64,000 nt of DNA, taken from NCBI GenBank assembly GCA_041562555.1, contig JBFEXS010000001.1, positions 6,378 to 70,377 on the forward strand, read 5' to 3'. A program made the position numbers and the translations under genes. This DNA is from Sulfurimonadaceae bacterium. Lineage in GTDB: Bacteria > Campylobacterota > Campylobacteria > Campylobacterales > Sulfurimonadaceae. Position 1 is the first letter of the stretch, and the number at the start of each line of letters is the position of its first letter. The notes beneath the pieces were generated by a model. That model searched no databases. It was not told the DNA's origin and saw only the letters and a list, made by a program, of their open reading frames with translations. This document shows, piece by piece, positions 55,727 through 64,000 of the stretch.

Positions 55727-55765
55727 ACGACTGCTCCATTTCAATATATATGAATTGTTGCATGC

Positions 55766-55771
55766 TATAAT
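55766..55771 (+). promoter_or_regulatory. Extended -10 promoter element (TGcTATAAT) for recQ
   Basis: 'ATGCTATAAT' lies 31 nt upstream of the recQ TTG start. Confidence 0.4.
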
Positions 55772-55801
55772 ACTAAAAAATATGAACGGAAAACAGGACT
55801 A

Positions 55802-57592
55802 TTGATACAAAAGTATGAGACACTCAAAACTGTTTTCGGACATGAATCTTTTCGTTCTTTTCAAGAAGAAGCCGTAGACAGTATTCTTCACCAAAAAGAC
55901 CTTTTGATGATTCTGCCTACCGGAGGCGGGAAATCCTTATGCTATCAGCTGCCTTCTATCATGATGCCAGGGGTCACGGTTGTTGTTTCTCCTTTATTGG
56001 CATTGATGCATGATCAGGTTATGGCATTAAAGGAGAATGGGATCAAAGCGGAGATGATCTCATCCATGCAAAGTATGGAAGAGTTGGACCTGATACGGTA
56101 TTCGCTTTTACAGGGTGAATTAAAACTTCTCTATGTCGCCCCTGAACGGTTTGCCTCTTTACACTTCTTACGTCTTCTTAAACAGGTGTCGATCAATTTT
56201 TTTGTTATTGATGAAGCCCACTGTGTGAGCGAATGGGGTCATGAGTTTAGAGAAGACTATCGAAAACTGCATCTTTTGCGTGAGCATTTTCCCAGGGTTA
56301 AGATCGCAGCTTTTACAGCAACAGCAACGCCTAAGGTACAAGCTGACATATCCATGGCATTAAGGCTAGAATCACCGGTGCAGATCAGAGGAAAGATCTT
56401 TAGAGAAAATCTGCATATCAGTGTTGAACCACGACATAAAGACGGGAAGACTCAACTCTTGGACTTTTTATCGAACTTTGATGAAGAGAGCGGGATCATA
56501 TATGCTTTTTCACGTAAACAGACCGAGTCTTTAGCACAATACCTTCAGCAAAAAGGCATCAAAGCAAAGGCTTTTCACGCAGGTTTGTCAAACGAGTTGA
56601 AGGAAGAGACCTTTAAAAGCTTTGTACATGATGAAATACAGGTCGTTGTAGCGACCATTGCATTTGGAATGGGCATCGATAAAAGCAATATTCGTTTTGT
56701 CGTACATATGAGTCTACCCAAAACACTGGAAAATTACTATCAGGAAATAGGGCGTGCTGGACGTGATGGGTTGGATGCAGAGGTCCTACTTCTATACAAT
56801 GGTTCGGATATGATGATGCAGCGTGAGTTTATCGAACAACTTGAAGAGTCTGCGTATAAGCAGAATGCATTTAATAAACTGGAGCAGATCAGCCGGTATG
56901 CAAGTGCCGAAAATTGTCGTCATCAATATATTGCGAACTATTTTGAAGATGAGTTGGATATATGCGAACACAGGTGTGACAACTGTACGGCCGAACCTAG
57001 TGAAAAGCTTGATATCAGCATACCCGCACAGAAATTTTTGTCCTGCGTCTATCGTACGGGACAACGTTTCGGACACGCTTACGTGATTGATGTGCTTCGG
57101 GGAAGTAGATCGGAGAAGGTCTTGGACAATGGACATGAATCACTCTCTGTATACGGCATCGGCAAGGAAGAATCAAAGGTGTATTGGGAACGTATTATGG
57201 AGCGTTTAATGGAAGTGGGTGCACTCAGACGCGGAGAGTTTAGGGCCTTGGTACTTGACAAAACAGGCATGCGGATATTAAAAAACGAGTTGTCCATTGA
57301 GATGAAGGCCAAACGGCTGCATGTGAAAGAGAAAAAGATACATGCCCTTCATATACACGACACAGATTTAAATACCTACGCCTTTGATCATTTACGGGCA
57401 TTGCGTGCACAGATCGCTAAAGAAGCGAGAAAACCGGCGTATATCATTTTCGGGGATAAGACACTTAAGGAGATGGCAAACACACTTCCTGTCAATAAAG
57501 AAGAGATGTTGAACATAAATGGCGTCGGAGAAACAAAATTTAAAAAATACGGTGAACAGTTTTTGGTCGAATGTCAACGTCTTAGAACTTGA
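55802..57592 (+). CDS. recQ: ATP-dependent DNA helicase RecQ
   Basis: 'PTGGGKSLCYQ', 'DEAHCVSEWGHEFR', a zinc-binding Cys cluster and a C-terminal HRDC-like region. 596 aa. Confidence 0.92.
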   Translation: MIQKYETLKTVFGHESFRSFQEEAVDSILHQKDLLMILPTGGGKSLCYQLPSIMMPGVTVVVSPLLALMHDQVMALKENGIKAEMISSMQSMEELDLIRYSLLQGELKLLYVAPERFASLHFLRLLKQVSINFFVIDEAHCVSEWGHEFREDYRKLHLLREHFPRVKIAAFTATATPKVQADISMALRLESPVQIRGKIFRENLHISVEPRHKDGKTQLLDFLSNFDEESGIIYAFSRKQTESLAQYLQQKGIKAKAFHAGLSNELKEETFKSFVHDEIQVVVATIAFGMGIDKSNIRFVVHMSLPKTLENYYQEIGRAGRDGLDAEVLLLYNGSDMMMQREFIEQLEESAYKQNAFNKLEQISRYASAENCRHQYIANYFEDELDICEHRCDNCTAEPSEKLDISIPAQKFLSCVYRTGQRFGHAYVIDVLRGSRSEKVLDNGHESLSVYGIGKEESKVYWERIMERLMEVGALRRGEFRALVLDKTGMRILKNELSIEMKAKRLHVKEKKIHALHIHDTDLNTYAFDHLRALRAQIAKEARKPAYIIFGDKTLKEMANTLPVNKEEMLNINGVGETKFKKYGEQFLVECQRLRT

Positions 57593-57655
57593 CCGCTGGT
57601 GTCAAAGAGAGTATGATACTATAAAGTAAGTCAATGATTTTTATTAGGAAAAAAA

Positions 57656-58834
57656 ATGGGTAATGGAAAAAAAGTATTAGTTCTTGGGGGAGGGTTTGCC
57701 GGAGTAGATACTGCAATTCATCTGTGTAAAGAAAAGTATGATGTCACATTGGTGAGTGACAGGGATTACTTTTATATCTATCCGACCTCGATTTGGGTTC
57801 CGACGGGCAGGGCAAGTTTTGAGGATGTCTGTATTGATCTTAAAGACCTTCAAAAATCCCACGGTTTTGATGTGATCGTTGACGGTGTAGTCAAGATCGA
57901 AGCGCATGCCAAAAAAATCACACTCGTAAGCGGCAGGGTGATTCAAGGGTATGATAAGCTCGTGATCGCTATGGGGTCTGGGAAGATGAAGCCTAAGGGA
58001 GTGGAACATACCCTTTCCATCTGCGGGGCACCTGAGATGTCCGTAGAGATAAAAGAACGTCTGGATGCCTTGATCGCAAAGGGATCGGGAAAGATTGCTT
58101 TCGGTTTTGGAGGAAATCCAAAAGACACATCTGCAGTGCGTGGTGGTCCGGGATTTGAACTGCTGTTTAATGTAGAGAACATGCTACGTAAAAAAGGTGT
58201 TCGTGAGGGATTTGAGTTAAGTATGTTCGCTCCGATGCCACGTCCGGGAGCTCGATTGGGTGAAAAGTCTCTGCGTATGCTCGATAAGATGTTTACCAGA
58301 GCAAAAATCCATAAATACTTTGGCAAAAAGATCAAGGGGTTTGAAACAGACAGGGTGATCTTTGAAGATGATTCCAGTCTTGAAGCAGATTTTATTATGT
58401 TTATTCCTGCAGGTGACGGGCATGAGGTGATTAAAGCTTCAGATCTTCCGCTCAATGCAGCCGGTTTTGTGAAGATCAATAATCATTGTGAAGTCGAGGG
58501 CCTTGAAGATGTGTATGCCATAGGGGATTCAGCGGCACTAGAGGGACCGGAATGGAGAGCAAAACAGGGACATATGGCAGAAATAATGGCAAAACACACA
58601 GCGTTTAATATCGTCTCCAGTGATAAAAATTCGAGTTTACGTAAAGGGTATCAGGAGCATATCAGTATTATTTGTGTCATGGACAGCGGTGACGGGGCAG
58701 GATTTGCCTTCCGAGATGATAAAAAATCCTATCTGCTGCCAATGCCAATTGTGGGACATTGGCTTAAACGGGGATGGGGGCAGTATTGCAAGCTTTCAAA
58801 ATTAGGAAGAATTCCTCGTATTCCGGGGATGTAA
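57656..58834 (+). CDS. FAD-dependent pyridine-nucleotide-disulfide-family oxidoreductase, sulfide:quinone-reductase-like
   Basis: 'KVLVLGGGFAGV' and a second dinucleotide fold 'AIGDSA'. Length and architecture are SQR/NDH-2-like; the subtype is unresolved. Confidence 0.65.
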   Translation: MGNGKKVLVLGGGFAGVDTAIHLCKEKYDVTLVSDRDYFYIYPTSIWVPTGRASFEDVCIDLKDLQKSHGFDVIVDGVVKIEAHAKKITLVSGRVIQGYDKLVIAMGSGKMKPKGVEHTLSICGAPEMSVEIKERLDALIAKGSGKIAFGFGGNPKDTSAVRGGPGFELLFNVENMLRKKGVREGFELSMFAPMPRPGARLGEKSLRMLDKMFTRAKIHKYFGKKIKGFETDRVIFEDDSSLEADFIMFIPAGDGHEVIKASDLPLNAAGFVKINNHCEVEGLEDVYAIGDSAALEGPEWRAKQGHMAEIMAKHTAFNIVSSDKNSSLRKGYQEHISIICVMDSGDGAGFAFRDDKKSYLLPMPIVGHWLKRGWGQYCKLSKLGRIPRIPGM

Positions 58835-58873
58835 TCTGATATAATCCATTCACAAAAAATACGAGGAGCAATT

Positions 58874-59149
58874 ATGACAAAGGCAGAAGAACTCATCAAG
58901 ATCCTAAACGAGCAGATCATACCGGAGATTGATAATATTATTGATGAGATGTGTGAAGAAATTGCAGACAATAAAAATGCGACCGATGAAGACAAGGCTG
59001 AGTTTAAAGAGGCTCAAGCGATGAAACGCGAGTTCAAAGAGATGGCTTTTGAAGCAGAGACGGGAGAGATGGATGAAGAGGAATGTGCGGAAAACATTGC
59101 AGAATGTAAAGAGATCTTAAAGGAGATCAGCGCCCTTGGAGATGAATAG
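58874..59149 (+). CDS. Small highly acidic protein with three cysteines
   Basis: 91 aa, mostly E/D/K helices. GAGGAG SD. The stop overlaps the next gene's start. Confidence 0.5.
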   Translation: MTKAEELIKILNEQIIPEIDNIIDEMCEEIADNKNATDEDKAEFKEAQAMKREFKEMAFEAETGEMDEEECAENIAECKEILKEISALGDE

Positions 59150-59786
59150 TCTTCCACTGCATAATATCTTTTTACCTTCACAAAAGCCTTCGAATAAGCT
59201 GATCGTGGTTTTACACGGCAGGGGTGACAGTTCGGAAGGATTTCGTTTTTTCCCACAGATGATGGGATTTGATGATGTCAACTACCTGCTTTTAGATGCC
59301 CCTTTTGAATATTTTACAGGCTTCTCCTGGTATGATTTGCCTCCTAATCAACTTCCCGGTATTGAATACTCCAAGAACATACTGATGCAAACCTTTGAGT
59401 TGTTATTTGAAGGAGAGTTTTCACCTGAGAACACTGTGCTCTTCGGTTTTTCACAGGGGTCATTATTGACTTTTGAATTTGGTTCGCGCTATGAGCGTAC
59501 ATTGGCAGGTTATATTGCAGTGAGTGGCTATATATATGATGCTGATAAGATTTTGACTGAGATGAATGCTCAAAACAATCAAGGTAATTGGTTGTGTACC
59601 CATGGATATGAAGATGATGTGTTGCCTTTTGAAGTCTCTAAAGAACAAGTTCAGCGTTTACAAGAGGGTGGTTTTGATATAGATTTTAGAGCTTATAATA
59701 AAGACCACACAGTAGATATGCAGGAGCTTGATGATATTAAAAAGTGGCTGAAGGAGACTTTTCAAGCATCCAACAGGCTTGGATAA
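59142..59786 (+). CDS. Phospholipase/carboxylesterase-family alpha/beta hydrolase
   Basis: 'VVLHGRGDS' and nucleophile elbow 'GFSQGS'. Confidence 0.75.
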   Translation: MNSLPLHNIFLPSQKPSNKLIVVLHGRGDSSEGFRFFPQMMGFDDVNYLLLDAPFEYFTGFSWYDLPPNQLPGIEYSKNILMQTFELLFEGEFSPENTVLFGFSQGSLLTFEFGSRYERTLAGYIAVSGYIYDADKILTEMNAQNNQGNWLCTHGYEDDVLPFEVSKEQVQRLQEGGFDIDFRAYNKDHTVDMQELDDIKKWLKETFQASNRLG

Positions 59787-60838
59787 TCTAAATATCCTAC
59801 AGCATCTTGTGTGTAATATGTGTTTGGATCAGGCTTTTGCAAAGGGGCATGACTTTTGAAACGCTCAGGTAAATCAGGATTTGCAATAAAGAGTTCTCCA
59901 AAGGAAACGGCATCTGCAAGGTTGTTCTCTATTGCATGGTTGCCTCTGTCTTGTGTATATGCTCCATTGGTGACGAGAACCCCTTTATAGGCATTTCTCA
60001 AGACTGCAAGATCAACAACATTTGCGCCATGACGTATGTCTCCTTCCAGGGCGTCGACAATATGCAAATAGGCCAGGTTGAACGTATTTAACTCTTGAGC
60101 GATATAACTAAAGTGCTCTTTGGGATTACTGTCTGTCATATCATTGAATGTCCCGCTTGGTGAGAGACGAAGACCAACTTTGTCTGAACCGATCGCACCG
60201 CATACACTTTCGAGGACCTCAAAGAGAAAACGTGCTCTTTTCTGAATATTCCCGCCATAGGAATCCTCGCGAACATTGGTTCCATCACGCAGAAATTGAT
60301 CGATCAGGTAGCCATTTGCTCCATGCACTTCGACTCCGTCAAATCCAGCTTCTATAGCGTTTATGGCCGCCTGTTTGTATTGTTGAACCACACCTGATAT
60401 CTCTTCTTCACTAATGGACCTTGGAGTGACATAGGGTTTCATCCCTTCAAAGGTATAGACTTCACCGGAAGGTTGGATGGCAGATGGTGCTATTGGTGTT
60501 TCACCGTTCAAAAAGTCCGGATGTGAAATTCGACCGACATGCCATAATTGTAAAAAGATATGTCCACCTTTGTTGTGTACAGCTTCCGTAACTTTTTTCC
60601 ATCCTTCAATCTGATCAGGATTATGTATGCCGGGAGTACATGGATATCCAATGCCCATAGCAGAGATCTGTGTTGCTTCACTGATAATCAATCCTGCTGA
60701 AGCCCTCTGTGCGTAATACTGTGCCATCAGTTCATTGGGGCGATTGTCTTGTACTGCTCGGCATCGTGTTAAAGGTGCCATAAAAATGCGATTGTCCAGA
60801 TTCAACGTACCAACTGAAATAGGGGAGAGCAAATCCAT
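59762..60838 (-). CDS. Old Yellow Enzyme family NADH:flavin oxidoreductase (alkene reductase)
   Basis: 'VEVHGANGYLIDQFL' and the TIM-barrel OYE pattern. 358 aa. Confidence 0.88.
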   Translation of the reverse strand: MDLLSPISVGTLNLDNRIFMAPLTRCRAVQDNRPNELMAQYYAQRASAGLIISEATQISAMGIGYPCTPGIHNPDQIEGWKKVTEAVHNKGGHIFLQLWHVGRISHPDFLNGETPIAPSAIQPSGEVYTFEGMKPYVTPRSISEEEISGVVQQYKQAAINAIEAGFDGVEVHGANGYLIDQFLRDGTNVREDSYGGNIQKRARFLFEVLESVCGAIGSDKVGLRLSPSGTFNDMTDSNPKEHFSYIAQELNTFNLAYLHIVDALEGDIRHGANVVDLAVLRNAYKGVLVTNGAYTQDRGNHAIENNLADAVSFGELFIANPDLPERFKSHAPLQKPDPNTYYTQDAVGYLDYPSLLDA

Positions 60839-60955
60839 AGTGACTCCTGATTAAGAATGGAACCATGATTACATAAGGAGTGTTAGATATGTATTAACAA
60901 AGCGTGATAGTATAAGAGGGTTAGGATCGGTTAAGTTGTGGAAACCAAATAGGAT

Positions 60956-60973
60956 AAGAGCCCTGAGGCTCTT
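60956..60973 (-). terminator. Terminator after rpsU
   Basis: AAGAGCC-loop-GGCTCTT (7-bp stem), followed on the minus strand by 'ATCCTATTTGGTTT'. Confidence 0.5.
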
Positions 60974-60992
60974 GATCTGTTTTCGCTAGGGA

Positions 60993-61205
60993 TTACAGAC
61001 GAGATTCATAGCGTCTCATCATATAAAGACGTTTTAGGATCTTTTTACGAGTGCTAATTTTCTCTTTTTTGCGCTTTTCTGTTTCTGTTTCGTGGAAACG
61101 TCTAGCACGCGCTTCAGTAACAATCAGATTTCTATCTGTTTGTTTTTTGAAACGGCGGTACGCAGCGTCGAAGTGATCATCAGATTTTAAGATAACACCA
61201 GGCAT
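60993..61205 (-). CDS. rpsU: 30S ribosomal protein S21
   Basis: '[22 protein letters not shown]...', 70 aa and basic. GAAGGTG SD. Confidence 0.92.
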   Translation of the reverse strand: MPGVILKSDDHFDAAYRRFKKQTDRNLIVTEARARRFHETETEKRKKEKISTRKKILKRLYMMRRYESRL

Positions 61206-61244
61206 TGCATTCACCTTCTTTCTCTAATTATTATTAGGGCCGAA

Positions 61245-61250
61245 TTATAG
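61245..61250 (-). promoter_or_regulatory. Extended -10 promoter element (TGcTATAAT) for rpsU
   Basis: The minus strand reads 'TATGCTATAAT', about 40 nt upstream of the rpsU ATG. Confidence 0.45.
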
Positions 61251-61258
61251 CATAAACT

Positions 61259-61528
61259 TCAAGAACCTTCAATGAGTTCAAGCTTTTTAACCCGTGAAAG
61301 TTTTTTTATGGCATATTCACGTTTGGAAGCCAGGCTTCTGTTAGGGTGCTTTTCGGTATAGAGGAGTTGGACAGGACGCCGTATGCGAGTGTACTTGGCA
61401 CCTTTGTCAGAGGTGTTATGTTCCAAGAGTCGCTTCTGAACATCTTTGGCGATCCCGGTATAAAGAGATTGGTCGTTACACTCGAGTATATACACAAAAT
61501 AGGATGTATCGGTTTGTGATGAAGCCAT
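61259..61528 (-). CDS. GIY-YIG domain protein (UPF0213/YhbQ-like)
   Basis: 'YFVYILECNDQSLYTGIAKDVQKRLLEHN' and 'YAIKKLSR'. The ATG overlaps the upstream DGC stop (TAATG). Confidence 0.8.
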   Translation of the reverse strand: MASSQTDTSYFVYILECNDQSLYTGIAKDVQKRLLEHNTSDKGAKYTRIRRPVQLLYTEKHPNRSLASKREYAIKKLSRVKKLELIEGS

Positions 61529-62646
61529 TATAGGTACTCTTTAATACAGTTTCGACCGGAGTCTTTCGCTAAGTATAATGCTTTGTCGGCACGCTTGAGG
61601 ATGCTAGAGGGTGTGTCACCGGCGATTGAATGTGCTACGCCAAAACTGCAGGTAAGACCCTGTATATTAGAAAACTGATGCCCCTCAATAGTAGAACGTA
61701 GCTTTTCAACGAATCCCAGTACCTTATGGGGATCACTTTCTGTATTGATAATAATAAACTCCTCTCCACCCCATCGTCCAAGAGTGTCGGTCTTGCGTAT
61801 GTTGTCTGATAAAAGTCTTGCGACCGATTTTAAAACATCATCACCTACCTGATGTCCATACGTATCATTGATTGACTTGAAGTAGTCAATATCGATCATA
61901 ACCAATGAAAACGAACTTGCATAGCGCTGTGATTTATCGAGTTCGTTCTTTAACCTTTTATCTATCTCTCTGCGATTAAAAAGAGAGGTGAGCTGATCAG
62001 TAATAGAGAGTTCTTCAAGTTCTTTTGTCCGTTGTTTCACAAGAGATTTAAGGTTTGATTCACGACAGGTTGCCAATCTCATTACAGGAAAAATAATAAA
62101 GATTGCCTCCAAAAAAAGTGTTATGAGTATGCCCATCAAGATAAAAGCTTCTCTCTCCATGAGTTGATAGGTATTGTTGTTTGACTCTGTTTCATAACTG
62201 GATACGGCTTCATCCAATAAAGGCAGTAAGGCAAAGGAAGCAGTCTGGATCTTCTCAAGCAGTGATGCTCCAGGCTCGTTAATAAAATCAGAAACCAGTT
62301 TCAAATAGTGGCTTACCTTGTTATCTAGATCATACTCTTTACTGTAATAAATCGTGTCAATCGCATCGAAGTGTATTTTGTTATGAATAAGATCCTGATG
62401 AGCCTGCTTCATTGCTTGGTAAAGCGATTCAAGATGTTGTTTCGTGCTCTGGTCTTTTTCTTTGTCATAGCGCATGCACATAAGAGCAATCTGCTGTGAA
62501 AGCATACGTTGTTTACCGCTTATATTGATGAGACGTGCATATTGACTTTGACTTTGGATGATCTCTGTCGTAGTGATATAAGCAAATATCGCCCATCCTA
62601 TGATACTGCCAAAGAGAATAATATAGATAAATTTTATATTTTTCAT
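61528..62646 (-). CDS. Diguanylate cyclase with a membrane-bracketed periplasmic PilJ/NarX-P-box-like sensor
   Basis: Intact 'RWGGEEF' with the I-site 'RKTD' five residues upstream. The N-terminal TM-sensor-TM region contains 'INISGKQRMLSQQIAL'. Confidence 0.85.
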   Translation of the reverse strand: MKNIKFIYIILFGSIIGWAIFAYITTTEIIQSQSQYARLINISGKQRMLSQQIALMCMRYDKEKDQSTKQHLESLYQAMKQAHQDLIHNKIHFDAIDTIYYSKEYDLDNKVSHYLKLVSDFINEPGASLLEKIQTASFALLPLLDEAVSSYETESNNNTYQLMEREAFILMGILITLFLEAIFIIFPVMRLATCRESNLKSLVKQRTKELEELSITDQLTSLFNRREIDKRLKNELDKSQRYASSFSLVMIDIDYFKSINDTYGHQVGDDVLKSVARLLSDNIRKTDTLGRWGGEEFIIINTESDPHKVLGFVEKLRSTIEGHQFSNIQGLTCSFGVAHSIAGDTPSSILKRADKALYLAKDSGRNCIKEYL

Positions 62647-62764
62647 TATATATTGCCTGATCGTTAATAAAACATACTATCTAAAAAGTGTTGAAATCCA
62701 AAATAGTTCTAAATGTGTAAAGAAAGTAGTTGAAGTAGTATAAGGTTCAGTCGTAAATCGGAAA

Positions 62765-62796
62765 GAACCATTATATAATAAACTATATAATGGTTC
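62765..62796 (-). terminator. Terminator after adk
   Basis: Perfect 13-bp inverted repeat GAACCATTATATA / TATATAATGGTTC with a 6-nt loop, followed on the minus strand by 'TTTCCGATTT'. Confidence 0.55.
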
Positions 62797-62807
62797 ACAT
62801 GATTAAC

Positions 62808-63389
62808 TTACAGGTAGTTGTTGATGTGTATTTGCATGTGTGAAACAACTTCTTCAATGGAAGCTTCACCGCTTATTTCCGTCAACAAGTTTTGATGCTT
62901 GTAAAAAGTTTGAATCTCTGCAAGTGGTTCTGTGTATACTTTCATACGATTGTTGAACACTTCCGTATTGTCATCTGCACCACGGGCACGACCGAGAACT
63001 CTGTCTCTGGCGGTCTCTTCACTTACCTTGACTTCAATAACTGAGACAAGTTGGATATTGGTCTCTTTGTGCAAATAAGTATCCAGAGCATCCATCTGTT
63101 CAAGGGACCTTGGATAACCGTCTATGATGATCATGTCTTTTTGACTCGCTTTTATTGCAGAGATAATCGTCTCAATAGCGATCTCAATCGGGACAATGTT
63201 TCCTTTGGAGATAAAACTTTCAATGATCTTTCCACGTTCAGACCCTGAGGTAACTTCTTCACGCAGTAAGTCTCCGGTAGAGTAATGTTCAATAGTGTCC
63301 GGGTTCTGTTTGGCTATGAGTTCAGCATCTGTTGTTTTTCCTGAGCCCGGAGCACCGATAATAAGTATAAGTTTTTTATCTGCCGACAT
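62808..63389 (-). CDS. adk: Adenylate kinase (short form, no zinc lid)
   Basis: P-loop '[11 protein letters not shown]'. 193 aa. Confidence 0.92.
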   Translation of the reverse strand: MSADKKLILIIGAPGSGKTTDAELIAKQNPDTIEHYSTGDLLREEVTSGSERGKIIESFISKGNIVPIEIAIETIISAIKASQKDMIIIDGYPRSLEQMDALDTYLHKETNIQLVSVIEVKVSEETARDRVLGRARGADDNTEVFNNRMKVYTEPLAEIQTFYKHQNLLTEISGEASIEEVVSHMQIHINNYL

Positions 63390-63393
63390 GTGT

Positions 63394-64000
<607 letters not shown>

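Noticed and set aside
59762-59786. 25-nt 3'-end overlap of the convergent esterase and OYE genes
   Set aside because: Both reading frames end naturally with family-typical C-termini. Convergent overlaps are common in this compact genome, and no extra structure is evident.

Overview
This 64-kb window looks like ordinary chromosome from a Campylobacterota (epsilonproteobacterial) type organism, with an estimated GC in the low 40s and about 70 tightly packed genes. Many neighbouring genes overlap by 1-14 nt at stop/start junctions. I found no rRNA, tRNA, CRISPR array, transposase, integrase or phage genes. Most of the content is housekeeping: nadE, lpxK, argB, thrC, ppk2, dsbD, yggS-rseP-pgsA, pyrD-M16 peptidase-dapA-enoyl reductase, cysS-murJ-DUF342-ruvA, ddl-hydrolase-murF, ribBA, glyS, hemH, pldA, mobA, recQ, rpsU, adk and aspS. 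Several of these gene orders match what I recall from Helicobacter pylori; that is memory, not a search. A sulfide:quinone-reductase-like flavoprotein, a 1Fe superoxide reductase, DsbD and a TRAP permease fit a sulfur-oxidising, microaerophilic lifestyle, but this is speculative.

I do not see a clear-cut novel system. The candidates most worth follow-up are:
- 36.5-39.9 kb: a same-strand cluster of a long coiled-coil protein, an ExoX-like DEDDh exonuclease and an orphan protein.
- 32.6-33.4 kb: a degenerate GGDEF-like mini-protein that keeps the RxxD I-site, coupled to an MTH1187/YkoF-family protein.
- 61.3-62.6 kb: an active diguanylate cyclase coupled to a GIY-YIG protein.
- 5.2-8.2 kb: a coupled pair of a lipoprotein and a large membrane protein.
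- 27.1-32.1 kb: orphan TRAP dctQM genes welded onto the ddl-murF operon.
- 9752-9856: an unlisted 34-codon lipoprotein-like ORF coupled to ppk2.
- 50.9-54.5 kb: a small patch with a zinc-ribbon protein and Sel1-repeat proteins.

All functional calls rest on motifs read by eye.
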